Shown here: positions 41,610 through 50,418 of the stretch, one piece after another | Layout of the letters: the number at the start of each line of letters is the position of its first letter | Position numbering within the stretch: position 1 is the first letter of the stretch | Assembly: GCA_038106515.1 (NCBI GenBank) | Contig: JAYODZ010000001.1 | Location: forward strand, 1 to 52,288 | DNA length: 52,288 nt | Reading direction: 5' to 3' | DNA from: Rhodobiaceae bacterium | GTDB taxonomy: Bacteria; Pseudomonadota; Alphaproteobacteria; RS24 | Made by a program: the position numbers and the translations under genes | The notes under the pieces: model-generated | Seen by the model: the letters and a program-made list of their open reading frames with translations, nothing else | Databases searched by the model: none | What the model was told of the DNA's origin: nothing

Positions 41610-42437
41610 ATGTCAGCGGCGGGCCTAGCGGGGAAGGTTGCTGTGATTACTGGCGCTGGGCGTGCCGGAGGGATTGGCGCCGCCATCGGCCGGCGCTTAG
41701 CCGCCGACGGATGCCATGTGATATTGAGCGATATCGCGGCACCGGATGCTGGGGTGGCGGCTGCCGAAGAGCTGCATGCGCGCGTGGGTGAAATTCGAGC
41801 CGCACACGGCGACCCCGCGGCCAGCGCGATGGTTTGCGATGTGACCGACGAGCCGTCGATAAAGGCGATGTTTGCGGCGATCGAGGCTGAGCATGGTCGG
41901 CTCGATATCGTGATCAACAATGCCGGTATCGGGTTTTTGATGTCGCCCCTCGTAGAGACGACCAGTACCGATTGGGACCGCGTCCTCGACGTAAATTTGC
42001 GTGGTGCTTTTTTGGTCACAAAATATGCCGCGCCTGTAATGATTGCGGGTGAAAGGGGCGGCCGCGTTATAAATATCGCAAGCCAAGCCGCGAAGTCGGG
42101 TTTTCCCCACGCGGCGGCATATGTTTCTTCAAAGCACGGCATGATCGGATTGACGCGGGTTGCAGCCATAGAGCTGGCGGCAAATCAAATAACGGTTAAT
42201 GCCGTTTGCCCCAATCATATTACGACCGGGCTGGGGAGTTGGCAGAATAAATATTTCAGCGCTTTATTTGACCAAAGCGAGCAAGAGTATCTGGCCGCTA
42301 TGCGCGCACGCATTCCTCTTGGACGCCCAGGCAAAGTCGAGGACATTGCCGCAATATGTGCCTTTTTGTGCAGCGATGAAGCCGCCTATATCACCGGCGA
42401 GGCAATAAATGTGAGCGGCGGGGAAGAGATGCATTAA
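41610..42437 (+). CDS. Short-chain dehydrogenase/reductase (SDR)
   Basis: VITGAGRAGGIGAAIG, NNAG and YVSSKHG (YxxxK) motifs. Confidence 0.92.
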   Translation: MSAAGLAGKVAVITGAGRAGGIGAAIGRRLAADGCHVILSDIAAPDAGVAAAEELHARVGEIRAAHGDPAASAMVCDVTDEPSIKAMFAAIEAEHGRLDIVINNAGIGFLMSPLVETTSTDWDRVLDVNLRGAFLVTKYAAPVMIAGERGGRVINIASQAAKSGFPHAAAYVSSKHGMIGLTRVAAIELAANQITVNAVCPNHITTGLGSWQNKYFSALFDQSEQEYLAAMRARIPLGRPGKVEDIAAICAFLCSDEAAYITGEAINVSGGEEMH

Positions 42438-43795
42438 GCTTCTCTTAACGGGCCGAGTTTTGCGATTATCTCGCTCAATGGGGTTGAGGCGCTGGCGTCG
42501 ATTAGTTGCTCCGCCGCTGCCGGTGAAGCCACTTCCAGACAGCGGGCTATTTTTGTCTGTTTTTGTTCATCGGTGAGTGGATTGTCGGGATGTCCGAGCG
42601 TTGCCGGAATTTCTAGGCTATGGCGATCGCCGCCGTGGGTCGTGATCGTGACCGTCTGAGGCGCCAGTGCGTTGGGGTCGGTAACCCCATTGTCATGCAA
42701 GCGCATTTTTTTCCCAAGTTGAGCCAACGCGGCATCACCACGGTTTTTATCATTCAGACTCTCACCCGTTATCTCGCCATCGCGGACCATGAGCGCAGCC
42801 AGAAAATAAATGCAGAGACGGGCATAATTGCGGCTCATCATAGGGGTGATCGGGCGATCAACCAGGCGCCGAATAAGTGGCGGTATTTCGGCATCGACCC
42901 ACTGAATGTCCGAGGCAGTCAGACAATGATCGTGCATTAGCGTCTCTATGCCGTTTAAAATAGCATGTGCGGCGCGGCCTGTGGGAAAGGGTTTATGCGA
43001 CAATTCGCAGACCCGCGATGGCCCTCGCAAGCCGGCAAGGAAAACATTTGGGTCGCCCCCAGGCTCGAACAACTGAAAATATCCAAATGGGCCGGACAGG
43101 GCATTGATTGGACCGGTAAGGCCGAATTGCACTAAATCTAAGGCGGTCATCACGGCACGAGCGGCGACAGCGATTTGCAGCGGCAGAGCCACCGACCCCT
43201 CAACATGAGCTTGCATAGTGCCGCTGAGTTGGCTGTAGACCAGCCCCAAGAAATTTCGGGTTTTGCTCTCGTTCATGTTCAGAATGGCAGCAATGGCGCT
43301 GGCGCTTCCCATGGCGCCGGCGGTTGCGGGCCGAAAAAAAATCAAGCCTTGCGTCGCGGCCACGCCCAAACCCGCAGCGACATCGACGCCAATAATTGTA
43401 CCGAGAAGTGCATCGCCATAGCGCAGATTAGATGTTGCCGCCAAGGCGGTGAGACATCCGCCGAGCACAGCCATCGCATGCACGGTGGCCTCCTCGTGCA
43501 GACAATCAAACTCTTGGCAATGAATTTGGAAAGCGTTGCAAAAGGCGGCGCTGGCAACTGGCAATCGAAGCTCTTGTCCTAAGACGGCTGCGTCTGACCC
43601 CGCCCCCCAGCGTTGAGCGGCCTGGCGCACTTGTGCTGCCGCTGGTTCGCGCCCGCCGGCGACGCCAACGGCAAGCGAGTCGGCCAAAAAATCTCGCGCC
43701 TTGCAGCCGACCTCATCTCTGAAGTCGCTGGCGGCAAAGCGCGCGCGGGCGGTTTTAATATGGGAGAGTATCGCGTTTATCGCAACGTCGGTCAC
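42434..43795 (-). CDS. MmgE/PrpD family protein
   Basis: 453 aa from the GTG at 43795-43793, which forms a GTGA overlap with the upstream stop. It has an N-terminal DFLADSLAVGVAG-type region and family-typical length. The ORF-track start at 43996 overlaps the upstream gene. Confidence 0.75.
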   Translation of the reverse strand: MTDVAINAILSHIKTARARFAASDFRDEVGCKARDFLADSLAVGVAGGREPAAAQVRQAAQRWGAGSDAAVLGQELRLPVASAAFCNAFQIHCQEFDCLHEEATVHAMAVLGGCLTALAATSNLRYGDALLGTIIGVDVAAGLGVAATQGLIFFRPATAGAMGSASAIAAILNMNESKTRNFLGLVYSQLSGTMQAHVEGSVALPLQIAVAARAVMTALDLVQFGLTGPINALSGPFGYFQLFEPGGDPNVFLAGLRGPSRVCELSHKPFPTGRAAHAILNGIETLMHDHCLTASDIQWVDAEIPPLIRRLVDRPITPMMSRNYARLCIYFLAALMVRDGEITGESLNDKNRGDAALAQLGKKMRLHDNGVTDPNALAPQTVTITTHGGDRHSLEIPATLGHPDNPLTDEQKQTKIARCLEVASPAAAEQLIDASASTPLSEIIAKLGPLREA

Positions 43796-45204
43796 TGAGG
43801 GGCTCCCCTCGTCATCACTTGAGCGGCGCTCTGTCCGGCGCGCCGCCCTAATCCGACGGCCGTCAAAAGCCCCATACCTGGGAGATAGGCGTGCCCCCCC
43901 GGTCCAGACACTGACCGGCACACGCCGCCGCCGGCAAAAAGATTTGGTAACGCCGACCCGTCTTGGCGGATGATCGCGGCGGACTGATCGATGCACAGCC
44001 CCCCTTGCGTATGGAACAAGGCGCCGCTGACGCGAATGGCGTAGAATGGCGGTCGCAAAATATTCTCGATGAGAAAACTTCGCCCGTAGGGATCTGTGTC
44101 GCCACCGCGACAGTAGCTCTCGACCGCGGCTAATGTTGCCGCTAACGCTTCCTCCGGTAGTTTGCAGGCCTCTGCCAACGCAGAGACATTTTGAGCAATT
44201 TTGGGCGTCCCAATTTCGACCGCGGATACATATTCTTGGAATCGCGACAGGGCCTCGAGATGGCTGCGCTCGTCATAAACAACCCAACAGGTCCCTTCCG
44301 GTTGGGCGAGGATTTTCAGGGTTTGCCCCGATATGTCATGCAGTTCATTTTGAAATCGGTGGCCGGCGGTATTGACCTGGACGCCGCCGGAAATCAAAAA
44401 CGTATGCGGCATAACCAACATTTGGGGTACTGCGAGTGAGCCTAAGGCCTGATAGGATCCCATATCCGCTATTTGCCCTCCGAGCGCAACGCCCCAGGCA
44501 ATGGCATCTCCGCGATTACCCTCATGTCCGAAATAGCGGGCCGATGCCATTTCGGGGATATATTGCTGAACCCATTCCGCATTGGCACCAAAACCACAAC
44601 TTGCCAAAATAATGGCGCGAGCGCCGACATTCTCAAAGTCACCACCGCGTCGCTTGAGGCGAAGTCCATGGACGCGGCCTGCCGCATCAGCATAGAGGTT
44701 GGTGGCTTGTGCCTCGGTCACGATTTCTGCCCCCGCTGCCCGACAAGCGGTTTCTAGCATTGACATTAATGTTGCTCCAGATCGGTTGGGCGGTGCGTGG
44801 AGGCGGGGCTGTCGATGACCGAGACCCGTCCAACTGGTTTCGGTTGTTAGATTTATGCCGTGGCCGTCGCGCAACCAATCAACAGCCGGACCAGACGTGT
44901 CGGCTAAAAGCCGCGCGAGGATCGGATCCGTTTGACCGGCCGTAATCGTCATAATGTCTTGGTAGAGGTCGTCGGCGCAATCGTCGATGCCTGCCTCTCT
45001 CTGTATCTGGCTGCCCGCCGCACAAATGGCGCCATAAGACATGGCCGTTGAGCCAGCAGGAATTTTATCTTGTTCGAATATTGCGCAATCGACTCCAAGA
45101 TCCCGAAGCGCCAGAGCGGCCGTCATGCCACAGGCGCCACCGCCAATAATTGCCACTGGCACTTCGTAATCAAAATCCTGATCAGTGAAATCTAGGATTG
45201 ACAT
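43792..45204 (-). CDS. FAD-binding flavoprotein of the fumarate reductase / TcuA / KstD-like (FAD_binding_2) class
   Basis: VAIIGGGACGMTAALAL dinucleotide motif at the N-terminus and LFAGGG near the C-terminus, 470 aa. Confidence 0.85.
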   Translation of the reverse strand: MSILDFTDQDFDYEVPVAIIGGGACGMTAALALRDLGVDCAIFEQDKIPAGSTAMSYGAICAAGSQIQREAGIDDCADDLYQDIMTITAGQTDPILARLLADTSGPAVDWLRDGHGINLTTETSWTGLGHRQPRLHAPPNRSGATLMSMLETACRAAGAEIVTEAQATNLYADAAGRVHGLRLKRRGGDFENVGARAIILASCGFGANAEWVQQYIPEMASARYFGHEGNRGDAIAWGVALGGQIADMGSYQALGSLAVPQMLVMPHTFLISGGVQVNTAGHRFQNELHDISGQTLKILAQPEGTCWVVYDERSHLEALSRFQEYVSAVEIGTPKIAQNVSALAEACKLPEEALAATLAAVESYCRGGDTDPYGRSFLIENILRPPFYAIRVSGALFHTQGGLCIDQSAAIIRQDGSALPNLFAGGGVCRSVSGPGGHAYLPGMGLLTAVGLGRRAGQSAAQVMTRGAPQ

Positions 45205-45211
45205 GGTCGAC

Positions 45212-46411
45212 TTAGTTTCGCCCTAAGGCACGAATGATGCCGTTAGGTATGAGGCTCTGATCGAAGGCTTCGCCAGGCCAAGTCGGTCCATTAATCCGAA
45301 CCACAACCAGATCGAGCGATGGAATGATCCACGTCATATGAAATCCAAAGCCCGCAAAGGCAATGGTTGGTGCGGCGTAATCTTCCGAAGCCCACCAAAG
45401 CACCGGGACCTCTGGCGCCTGAGGCCCGATATAGCCGCCGCGTAAGACTAGCGGCTGGCGCCAGACTTGATATCCATAGCCGGCAAAAAGAGGCGACGGC
45501 GCGGCCAGAGCTTGTAAATAGCTGGGGTCAATAAAACTCTCTTCCGCGATCTGACCCGCATCGAGAATGAGCTGACCCAAGCGTAGCCAATCGATCGGGC
45601 GGGTTAATACACAGCACGCCTTTAAAACATGTCCTTGGGGGCGGTCGAGATAAGCCTTCGCATGGCCGAGGCCGAGCGCGGGCCAGACTTCAGAGCCGAG
45701 ATAACTCTGGTAACTTTGCCCAGTTGCACGCTCTAAAACAATGCCAAGCAAATTGGTTTCATTATTGTTGTAGTCAAACCGTGTTCCGGGCGGATCGGCA
45801 GGCTGCAAGCTCATGACCCAAAAATCGAAATCGGTGCCAAAATGTTGCCGCACCCCCCGCGACCATGGGTAAGGCGCATAGCCTGTCGCAATTTGTTCCA
45901 GACCACCGGACATATGCAAAAGATTCTCGATCGTAATACGGCCTCTGGCGTCTCCGCCTAGCTCGGGAATATAGTTGTCGATTGTGTCGTCGACCGAGTT
46001 GATGGCGTTTTGTTTTATCGCGCGTCCGATGGCTAGGGCGAGCAGGCTCTTGGACATGGATTGCGGATTGATCAATGTCTCGCGGTCGGTTCCAAGAGAA
46101 TATTTTTCATAGACCAAACGGCCGCCGCGAGCGATCAAGAACGCTTGACCGCCGCGTGCTTCTGAATAGGCTGCCGCCGTATCAAAAGCGGCGAGATCTT
46201 GTTCGCTTAATGGGGCTACGGATAGCGGCAGGGGCGGTTCTATTGGCGAAGTCTCGCTAATTGTGAAGGTCGGATAAAACCAGTCTGCGCCAACAGTATG
46301 AGGGTCACCGCCTTTTAGGAAAAAAGAAATATACCGTGACAGGAAAAGATTTTGGCTCGCGCCCCATCCTATAATTACGACTGCGACAACGATAAAAACA
46401 AAACGTTTCAT
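45212..46411 (-). CDS. Serine hydrolase of the beta-lactamase/transpeptidase-like family, with an N-terminal membrane anchor or signal
   Basis: SMSKS (SxxK) motif and hydrophobic N-terminus FVFIVVAVVIIGWG, 399 aa. Confidence 0.82.
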   Translation of the reverse strand: MKRFVFIVVAVVIIGWGASQNLFLSRYISFFLKGGDPHTVGADWFYPTFTISETSPIEPPLPLSVAPLSEQDLAAFDTAAAYSEARGGQAFLIARGGRLVYEKYSLGTDRETLINPQSMSKSLLALAIGRAIKQNAINSVDDTIDNYIPELGGDARGRITIENLLHMSGGLEQIATGYAPYPWSRGVRQHFGTDFDFWVMSLQPADPPGTRFDYNNNETNLLGIVLERATGQSYQSYLGSEVWPALGLGHAKAYLDRPQGHVLKACCVLTRPIDWLRLGQLILDAGQIAEESFIDPSYLQALAAPSPLFAGYGYQVWRQPLVLRGGYIGPQAPEVPVLWWASEDYAAPTIAFAGFGFHMTWIIPSLDLVVVRINGPTWPGEAFDQSLIPNGIIRALGRN

Positions 46412-46632
46412 TGGCTCTAGAGCCCCTCTCTATTTTTAATCCTTTCGCGTGATTGTCAGCTAACAGTAATTATCGCGGCTAGAACGGGTTGTTCCCATCA
46501 AAGCGCAATGTGACCTATAAGCAACACTCACAGTAAAATCATAGAGAAAGCCTTATTTGTATACAACAATTAGTTGACTTATAAATATAACAACCCTTAG
46601 GCTTTCTTATTGACTTTGTTGAGGAGGACAAA

Positions 46633-48705
46633 ATGGGTCGAGAAAAAAAATGTTTTCTCAAATTTCTGAGCCTAATACTGGTCGTTAGCATTGCTTTGCC
46701 AGCATATGCTCTCGATGAGATTACGGTTACGGCTGAGAGAATTGAGGCGAATCTTCAAGAGGTGCCGATGGCTGTGACGGCGTTGTCGGCTGCCGATTTG
46801 GAAACCAATAATATTACTAGCACGATGGATTTGACGAAGGCAGTGCCGGGTATGGTGTATCGGAAAAACACCGGCACAGCGAGTGCGTCGAACGTGTATA
46901 TTCGTGGCTTTGGTGATGATGAAAGCCGCCTTACTGACCCCACGACGGGTCTTTATATCGATGGCGTCTATGTTGGTCGCCCATACGGTTCTTTGATGGA
47001 ATTGGTGGATGCGGGGAGCGTAGAGGTGCTGCGCGGTCCGCAAGGCACACTTTATGGCCGTAATACAATTGCTGGAGCGATTAAAATCAATTCGCGCGAG
47101 CGCGGCGAAACTGGGGGCAAGGTGGCCCTGACATTCGGTAATGATGGCCACAAGAAATTCAAAGGTCACGCAGATATTGCTATTTCGGATTCGACCGGTG
47201 TTTCCATCTCTGCAATGAGCGAGGAGAGCGATGGCTATATAAACGCCGGCGCCTTTGGCAAACAAGGGGGCAAGGACTTGGACGCGATGCGGATCGCGTT
47301 TGACCACGAATTCGGCAACGGCTGGGAGATGATCTTGTCGTACGACAATACCGCGGACGATTCGGATCCGACGCCGGCCACCACGCGCCCGACCTACAAT
47401 ACGGCGGCCAATAGCTCGTTCAACTATGTTGACGAAACCGACTCCGAAGGCCTGACATTTAGACTGTCGGGTGACCTTGGCGGCTGGAACACATCGTTGA
47501 TTTACGGTAGCCGCAGTATTGAGAATTACCTCGATAGCCATATATCGTTCCGTTACACCCAGATAATGGATCAGGAGCAGGATTCGGTTGAGGTTTCGGT
47601 CAATCGCGACTTCGGCAAGTTAAACCTGACAGCCGGCTTTTTCTGGATGGAAGAAACCTTTGATTTCGAATATGACTTTGGGCGTTTCGGCTACGGAGCG
47701 TCCTTCGATCAAAAAACCGATCAAACAGCGTTTTTCTTGAACACGAAAACACAGGTCACGGATCAGTTAACGTTGACAGCTGGTGTTCGTTCGATGAGCG
47801 AAGATAAAGACCTCATTGTTTCGCGTACCAACACCTTGGGCGTCGGCCCAGCTTACGTGATCGGGCCGGCCGGCGGTGCGGGTGTCTACAAGCTCGACTT
47901 CGATCGCGAAGACTATAAAGTGGCGCTGGACTATAAGATCAATGATAATTTGATGGCCTATGTCTCAAACTCGACAGGGTCACGGACGGGTGGCTGGTCG
48001 CCAGACACCTTAACACCGGTCGACGAAGAAGAATTGGAAACAACCGAACTCGGTATTCGTTCAACGCTGGGCAACCATCGTATCAATGCTACTTATTTCG
48101 TGTCGGTGCTTGATGGTTTCCAAACCGGCATTTCTTCCGGCGGTGGCTTTGGGCGGTCGAACGCGGACGAAGCCGAGTTCGAAGGTTTCGAGATTGAATT
48201 TGCCGGCAATATTACCGACAACTTGTCGTATTATGCCTTCTTGACCACGCTCGACGCTGAATATACCGAACTGACCGTTGCCCAAGCCCAAGGCTTTTTG
48301 GGATCAACCAATGCGGCGCGTCAGGCGGCCTGCCCAGCGGCAGGTGCATTGAACCAAAACCCAGGCGTCTGGCAGCAATGTGCCTATAACCTTAAGGTTA
48401 AAGGTGCGCCGGAGATGACCTGGAGTGTTGGTCTCAAATATGTCGCGGGTGACTTCACCTTTGACGTTCAAGGCTATGGCGCCGATGAGACATTCGCTCT
48501 GACGGGTAACCCACGTTACGCAATGACGGATAAGTATGACAAATACGACCTCAGTGTGACCTATGAACCTGAGGGGTCATCCTATGCTGTCAAGTTGTTC
48601 GGTAAGAACGTGACCGATCAGCACGAAGTCGCCAATGGCACGGGTGGGCTTGTTTACATGTATGACCCACGGTCTTATGGCCTGACAGTTTCAGCGAAAT
48701 TCTAA
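46633..48705 (+). CDS. TonB-dependent outer-membrane receptor
   Basis: Signal peptide, TonB-box-like DEITVTAE, plug motif VEVLRGPQGTLYGRNTIAGAI, beta-barrel region and terminal Phe. Strong GAGGAGG ribosome-binding site. Confidence 0.93.
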   Translation: MGREKKCFLKFLSLILVVSIALPAYALDEITVTAERIEANLQEVPMAVTALSAADLETNNITSTMDLTKAVPGMVYRKNTGTASASNVYIRGFGDDESRLTDPTTGLYIDGVYVGRPYGSLMELVDAGSVEVLRGPQGTLYGRNTIAGAIKINSRERGETGGKVALTFGNDGHKKFKGHADIAISDSTGVSISAMSEESDGYINAGAFGKQGGKDLDAMRIAFDHEFGNGWEMILSYDNTADDSDPTPATTRPTYNTAANSSFNYVDETDSEGLTFRLSGDLGGWNTSLIYGSRSIENYLDSHISFRYTQIMDQEQDSVEVSVNRDFGKLNLTAGFFWMEETFDFEYDFGRFGYGASFDQKTDQTAFFLNTKTQVTDQLTLTAGVRSMSEDKDLIVSRTNTLGVGPAYVIGPAGGAGVYKLDFDREDYKVALDYKINDNLMAYVSNSTGSRTGGWSPDTLTPVDEEELETTELGIRSTLGNHRINATYFVSVLDGFQTGISSGGGFGRSNADEAEFEGFEIEFAGNITDNLSYYAFLTTLDAEYTELTVAQAQGFLGSTNAARQAACPAAGALNQNPGVWQQCAYNLKVKGAPEMTWSVGLKYVAGDFTFDVQGYGADETFALTGNPRYAMTDKYDKYDLSVTYEPEGSSYAVKLFGKNVTDQHEVANGTGGLVYMYDPRSYGLTVSAKF

Positions 48706-48726
48706 TTAGCTGATTTAAGAATGATT

Positions 48727-48753
48727 GGGGCGGTCAAATGGCCGCCCCTTTTT
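48727..48753 (+). terminator. Rho-independent terminator after the TonB-dependent receptor
   Basis: GGGGCGG / CCGCCCC stem at 48727-48733 and 48742-48748, followed by TTTTT. Confidence 0.7.
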
Positions 48754-48784
48754 ATTTAAGCGGTCGTTTTGGAGGGGGTGCGAT

Positions 48785-49462
48785 ATGACTGTTAGCCTTT
48801 ATGACGTGAGCGTTTATTTCCACGTTTTATTGTTTGTCTTCTGGCTCGGGGCAGATATGGGGGTGGCCGTATTAGGTCATCACTTCCGCCGTCAAAGCTA
48901 TGATCGCGAGACTCGCTTGGTCTTGTTGCAGATACTTGGAGCCGTCGACATGTTTCCGCGCACCGCCTGGGCGCTGATGGTGCCGACGTCGCTTAGCCTG
49001 TTGACGCTGGGTGGCTATTGGAACCTCGACAAAATCTGGTTAATTGCGATCTGGGCACTTGGCGGGTTCTGGACATGGATCGTATGGCAAATTCATTTGC
49101 GCGAGGGGCCGTCGGCTCGCCTCAAGCGCATCGACGTGATCTTAAAGTGGAGCTTGGCGGCTTTTTACATCGGGCTGGGGACTGGCTCCTTGATTTTTGA
49201 TGCGCCTCTGGTGCAAAACTGGTTGGCCCTTAAAGCCGTCGTTTTCGGTCTTATCTTTGCCGCGGCGATTATGATCGACGTGCGTTTTCGGCCTTTGGTT
49301 CCTGTTCTGCATGAGTTTGTCGCGTTAGAAACTTCGGCCACTCCAAATGCCGATGTGGAAAAGCGTATGCTTACCATTATGAACCGAACCCGATTTTGGG
49401 TGCGACTTGTTTATGCCTTGTTGTTGATCACGGCATTCTTGGGGAGCGTCAAGCCGCTGTGA
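48785..49462 (+). CDS. Polytopic membrane protein, uncharacterised (paralogue B)
   Basis: 225 aa. The ATG at 48785 follows GGAGGGGG. FHVLLFVFWLGADMGV motif. Paralogous to 40625-41287. The ORF-track start at 48725 lies inside the terminator hairpin. Confidence 0.7.
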   Translation: MTVSLYDVSVYFHVLLFVFWLGADMGVAVLGHHFRRQSYDRETRLVLLQILGAVDMFPRTAWALMVPTSLSLLTLGGYWNLDKIWLIAIWALGGFWTWIVWQIHLREGPSARLKRIDVILKWSLAAFYIGLGTGSLIFDAPLVQNWLALKAVVFGLIFAAAIMIDVRFRPLVPVLHEFVALETSATPNADVEKRMLTIMNRTRFWVRLVYALLLITAFLGSVKPL

Positions 49463-49464
49463 AT

Positions 49465-50358
49465 CTAGTGACCCCCGCGCGGCAGCTTCTCGCCAGAAAC
49501 GCTATTCTTAAACACAGTCCAACTGGTTTCATTTGGACGTTTGTCATCGACGGGAGGCGCCGACGCGTAGGCTGGCGCCCGAGTCTTAATATAGTCTTTG
49601 AGGGTTGCTGGCAGTTCGTCATAGCTCGACAGCTTACGGCTAATAGCATGTGTATAGAGCAAGCCTTCACGTCCTTGCATCTCCATCCAAGGCAAATATT
49701 CGGAGATACGCGACCACCCGCCGCGTATTTTCGCGCTGTCCTTACTCGCGTCCGTGAGGTCGTCAATATCGCCATAGGAGCTGAACATCTCGGTCGCATG
49801 GTAGGCGCCGCCGACATATTTTTGATAATCGCCCTGCAGCGGATTGTGATAGAAAAGCGGGAATGTGCTTCGTGTTGCCCACATACCATCTGGGCCGATC
49901 TCGCCGCGCCATTTCATGATCGGATTGCCCTTATCATCGCGCGGGAATATTGGGCCAAAATTAACCGGATCATTTTCAACGTGAAGAACCTTCACCGTCT
50001 TATTTAGCCAAGGGTTCTCCCATTCATCTACCACGGCGCCAGTTTTAGGATCGAGATACAGCATGATTTCGCGGCTCACCTGACGAAAGCCGATGCCGCG
50101 CGGGCCGCCATCGACGGTCATACATTGGCGAATATTCATACCTAAAATGCGGAATAGTTTTTTATCGGCCTCGCCGCGTCGCAAAGAATACAGATCTCCT
50201 TGCCAGGTATAAACCGCTTCCTTAGCATCCTGAGTTGAACACTGATCCTTGCGCATAGCAATGATGGCGCCTTCGGGCGTGCCGAGATCTATCTTGTCAG
50301 CTGCATGTGCAACCGGCGAGAGGCTGAGCAGCAGGGCGAGGAACGGAATCTGTTTCAT
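49465..50358 (-). CDS. Secreted protein, possibly DUF1838 family
   Basis: Cleavable signal peptide MKQIPFLALLLSLSPVAHA, 297 aa. The family assignment is from memory only. Confidence 0.55.
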   Translation of the reverse strand: MKQIPFLALLLSLSPVAHAADKIDLGTPEGAIIAMRKDQCSTQDAKEAVYTWQGDLYSLRRGEADKKLFRILGMNIRQCMTVDGGPRGIGFRQVSREIMLYLDPKTGAVVDEWENPWLNKTVKVLHVENDPVNFGPIFPRDDKGNPIMKWRGEIGPDGMWATRSTFPLFYHNPLQGDYQKYVGGAYHATEMFSSYGDIDDLTDASKDSAKIRGGWSRISEYLPWMEMQGREGLLYTHAISRKLSSYDELPATLKDYIKTRAPAYASAPPVDDKRPNETSWTVFKNSVSGEKLPRGGH

Positions 50359-50371
50359 AATTTATGTCCTT

Positions 50372-50405
50372 AAATAAAAAAGAGGCCAGTCTTTCGACTG
50401 GCCTC
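50372..50405 (-). terminator. Rho-independent terminator downstream of the minus-strand TonB-dependent receptor
   Basis: Perfect 10-bp stem GAGGCCAGTC / GACTGGCCTC with loop TTTC. On the minus strand it is followed by TTTTTTATTT. Confidence 0.75.
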
Positions 50406-50418
50406 CTTGGTCTACGTC

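Noticed and set aside
43796-43996. Upstream extension of the MmgE/PrpD ORF (the ORF track gives 520 aa)
   Set aside because: The extension overlaps the C-terminus of the flavoprotein gene in another frame and is Arg-rich with low complexity. The GTG at 43795, which overlaps the flavoprotein stop as GTGA, gives a family-typical 453 aa.
46455-46475. Fur-box-like AT-rich segment TAACAGTAATTATC upstream of the TonB-dependent receptor
   Set aside because: It only loosely resembles one half of the 19-bp Fur consensus. Iron regulation in Alphaproteobacteria often uses other regulators. The match is too weak to call.
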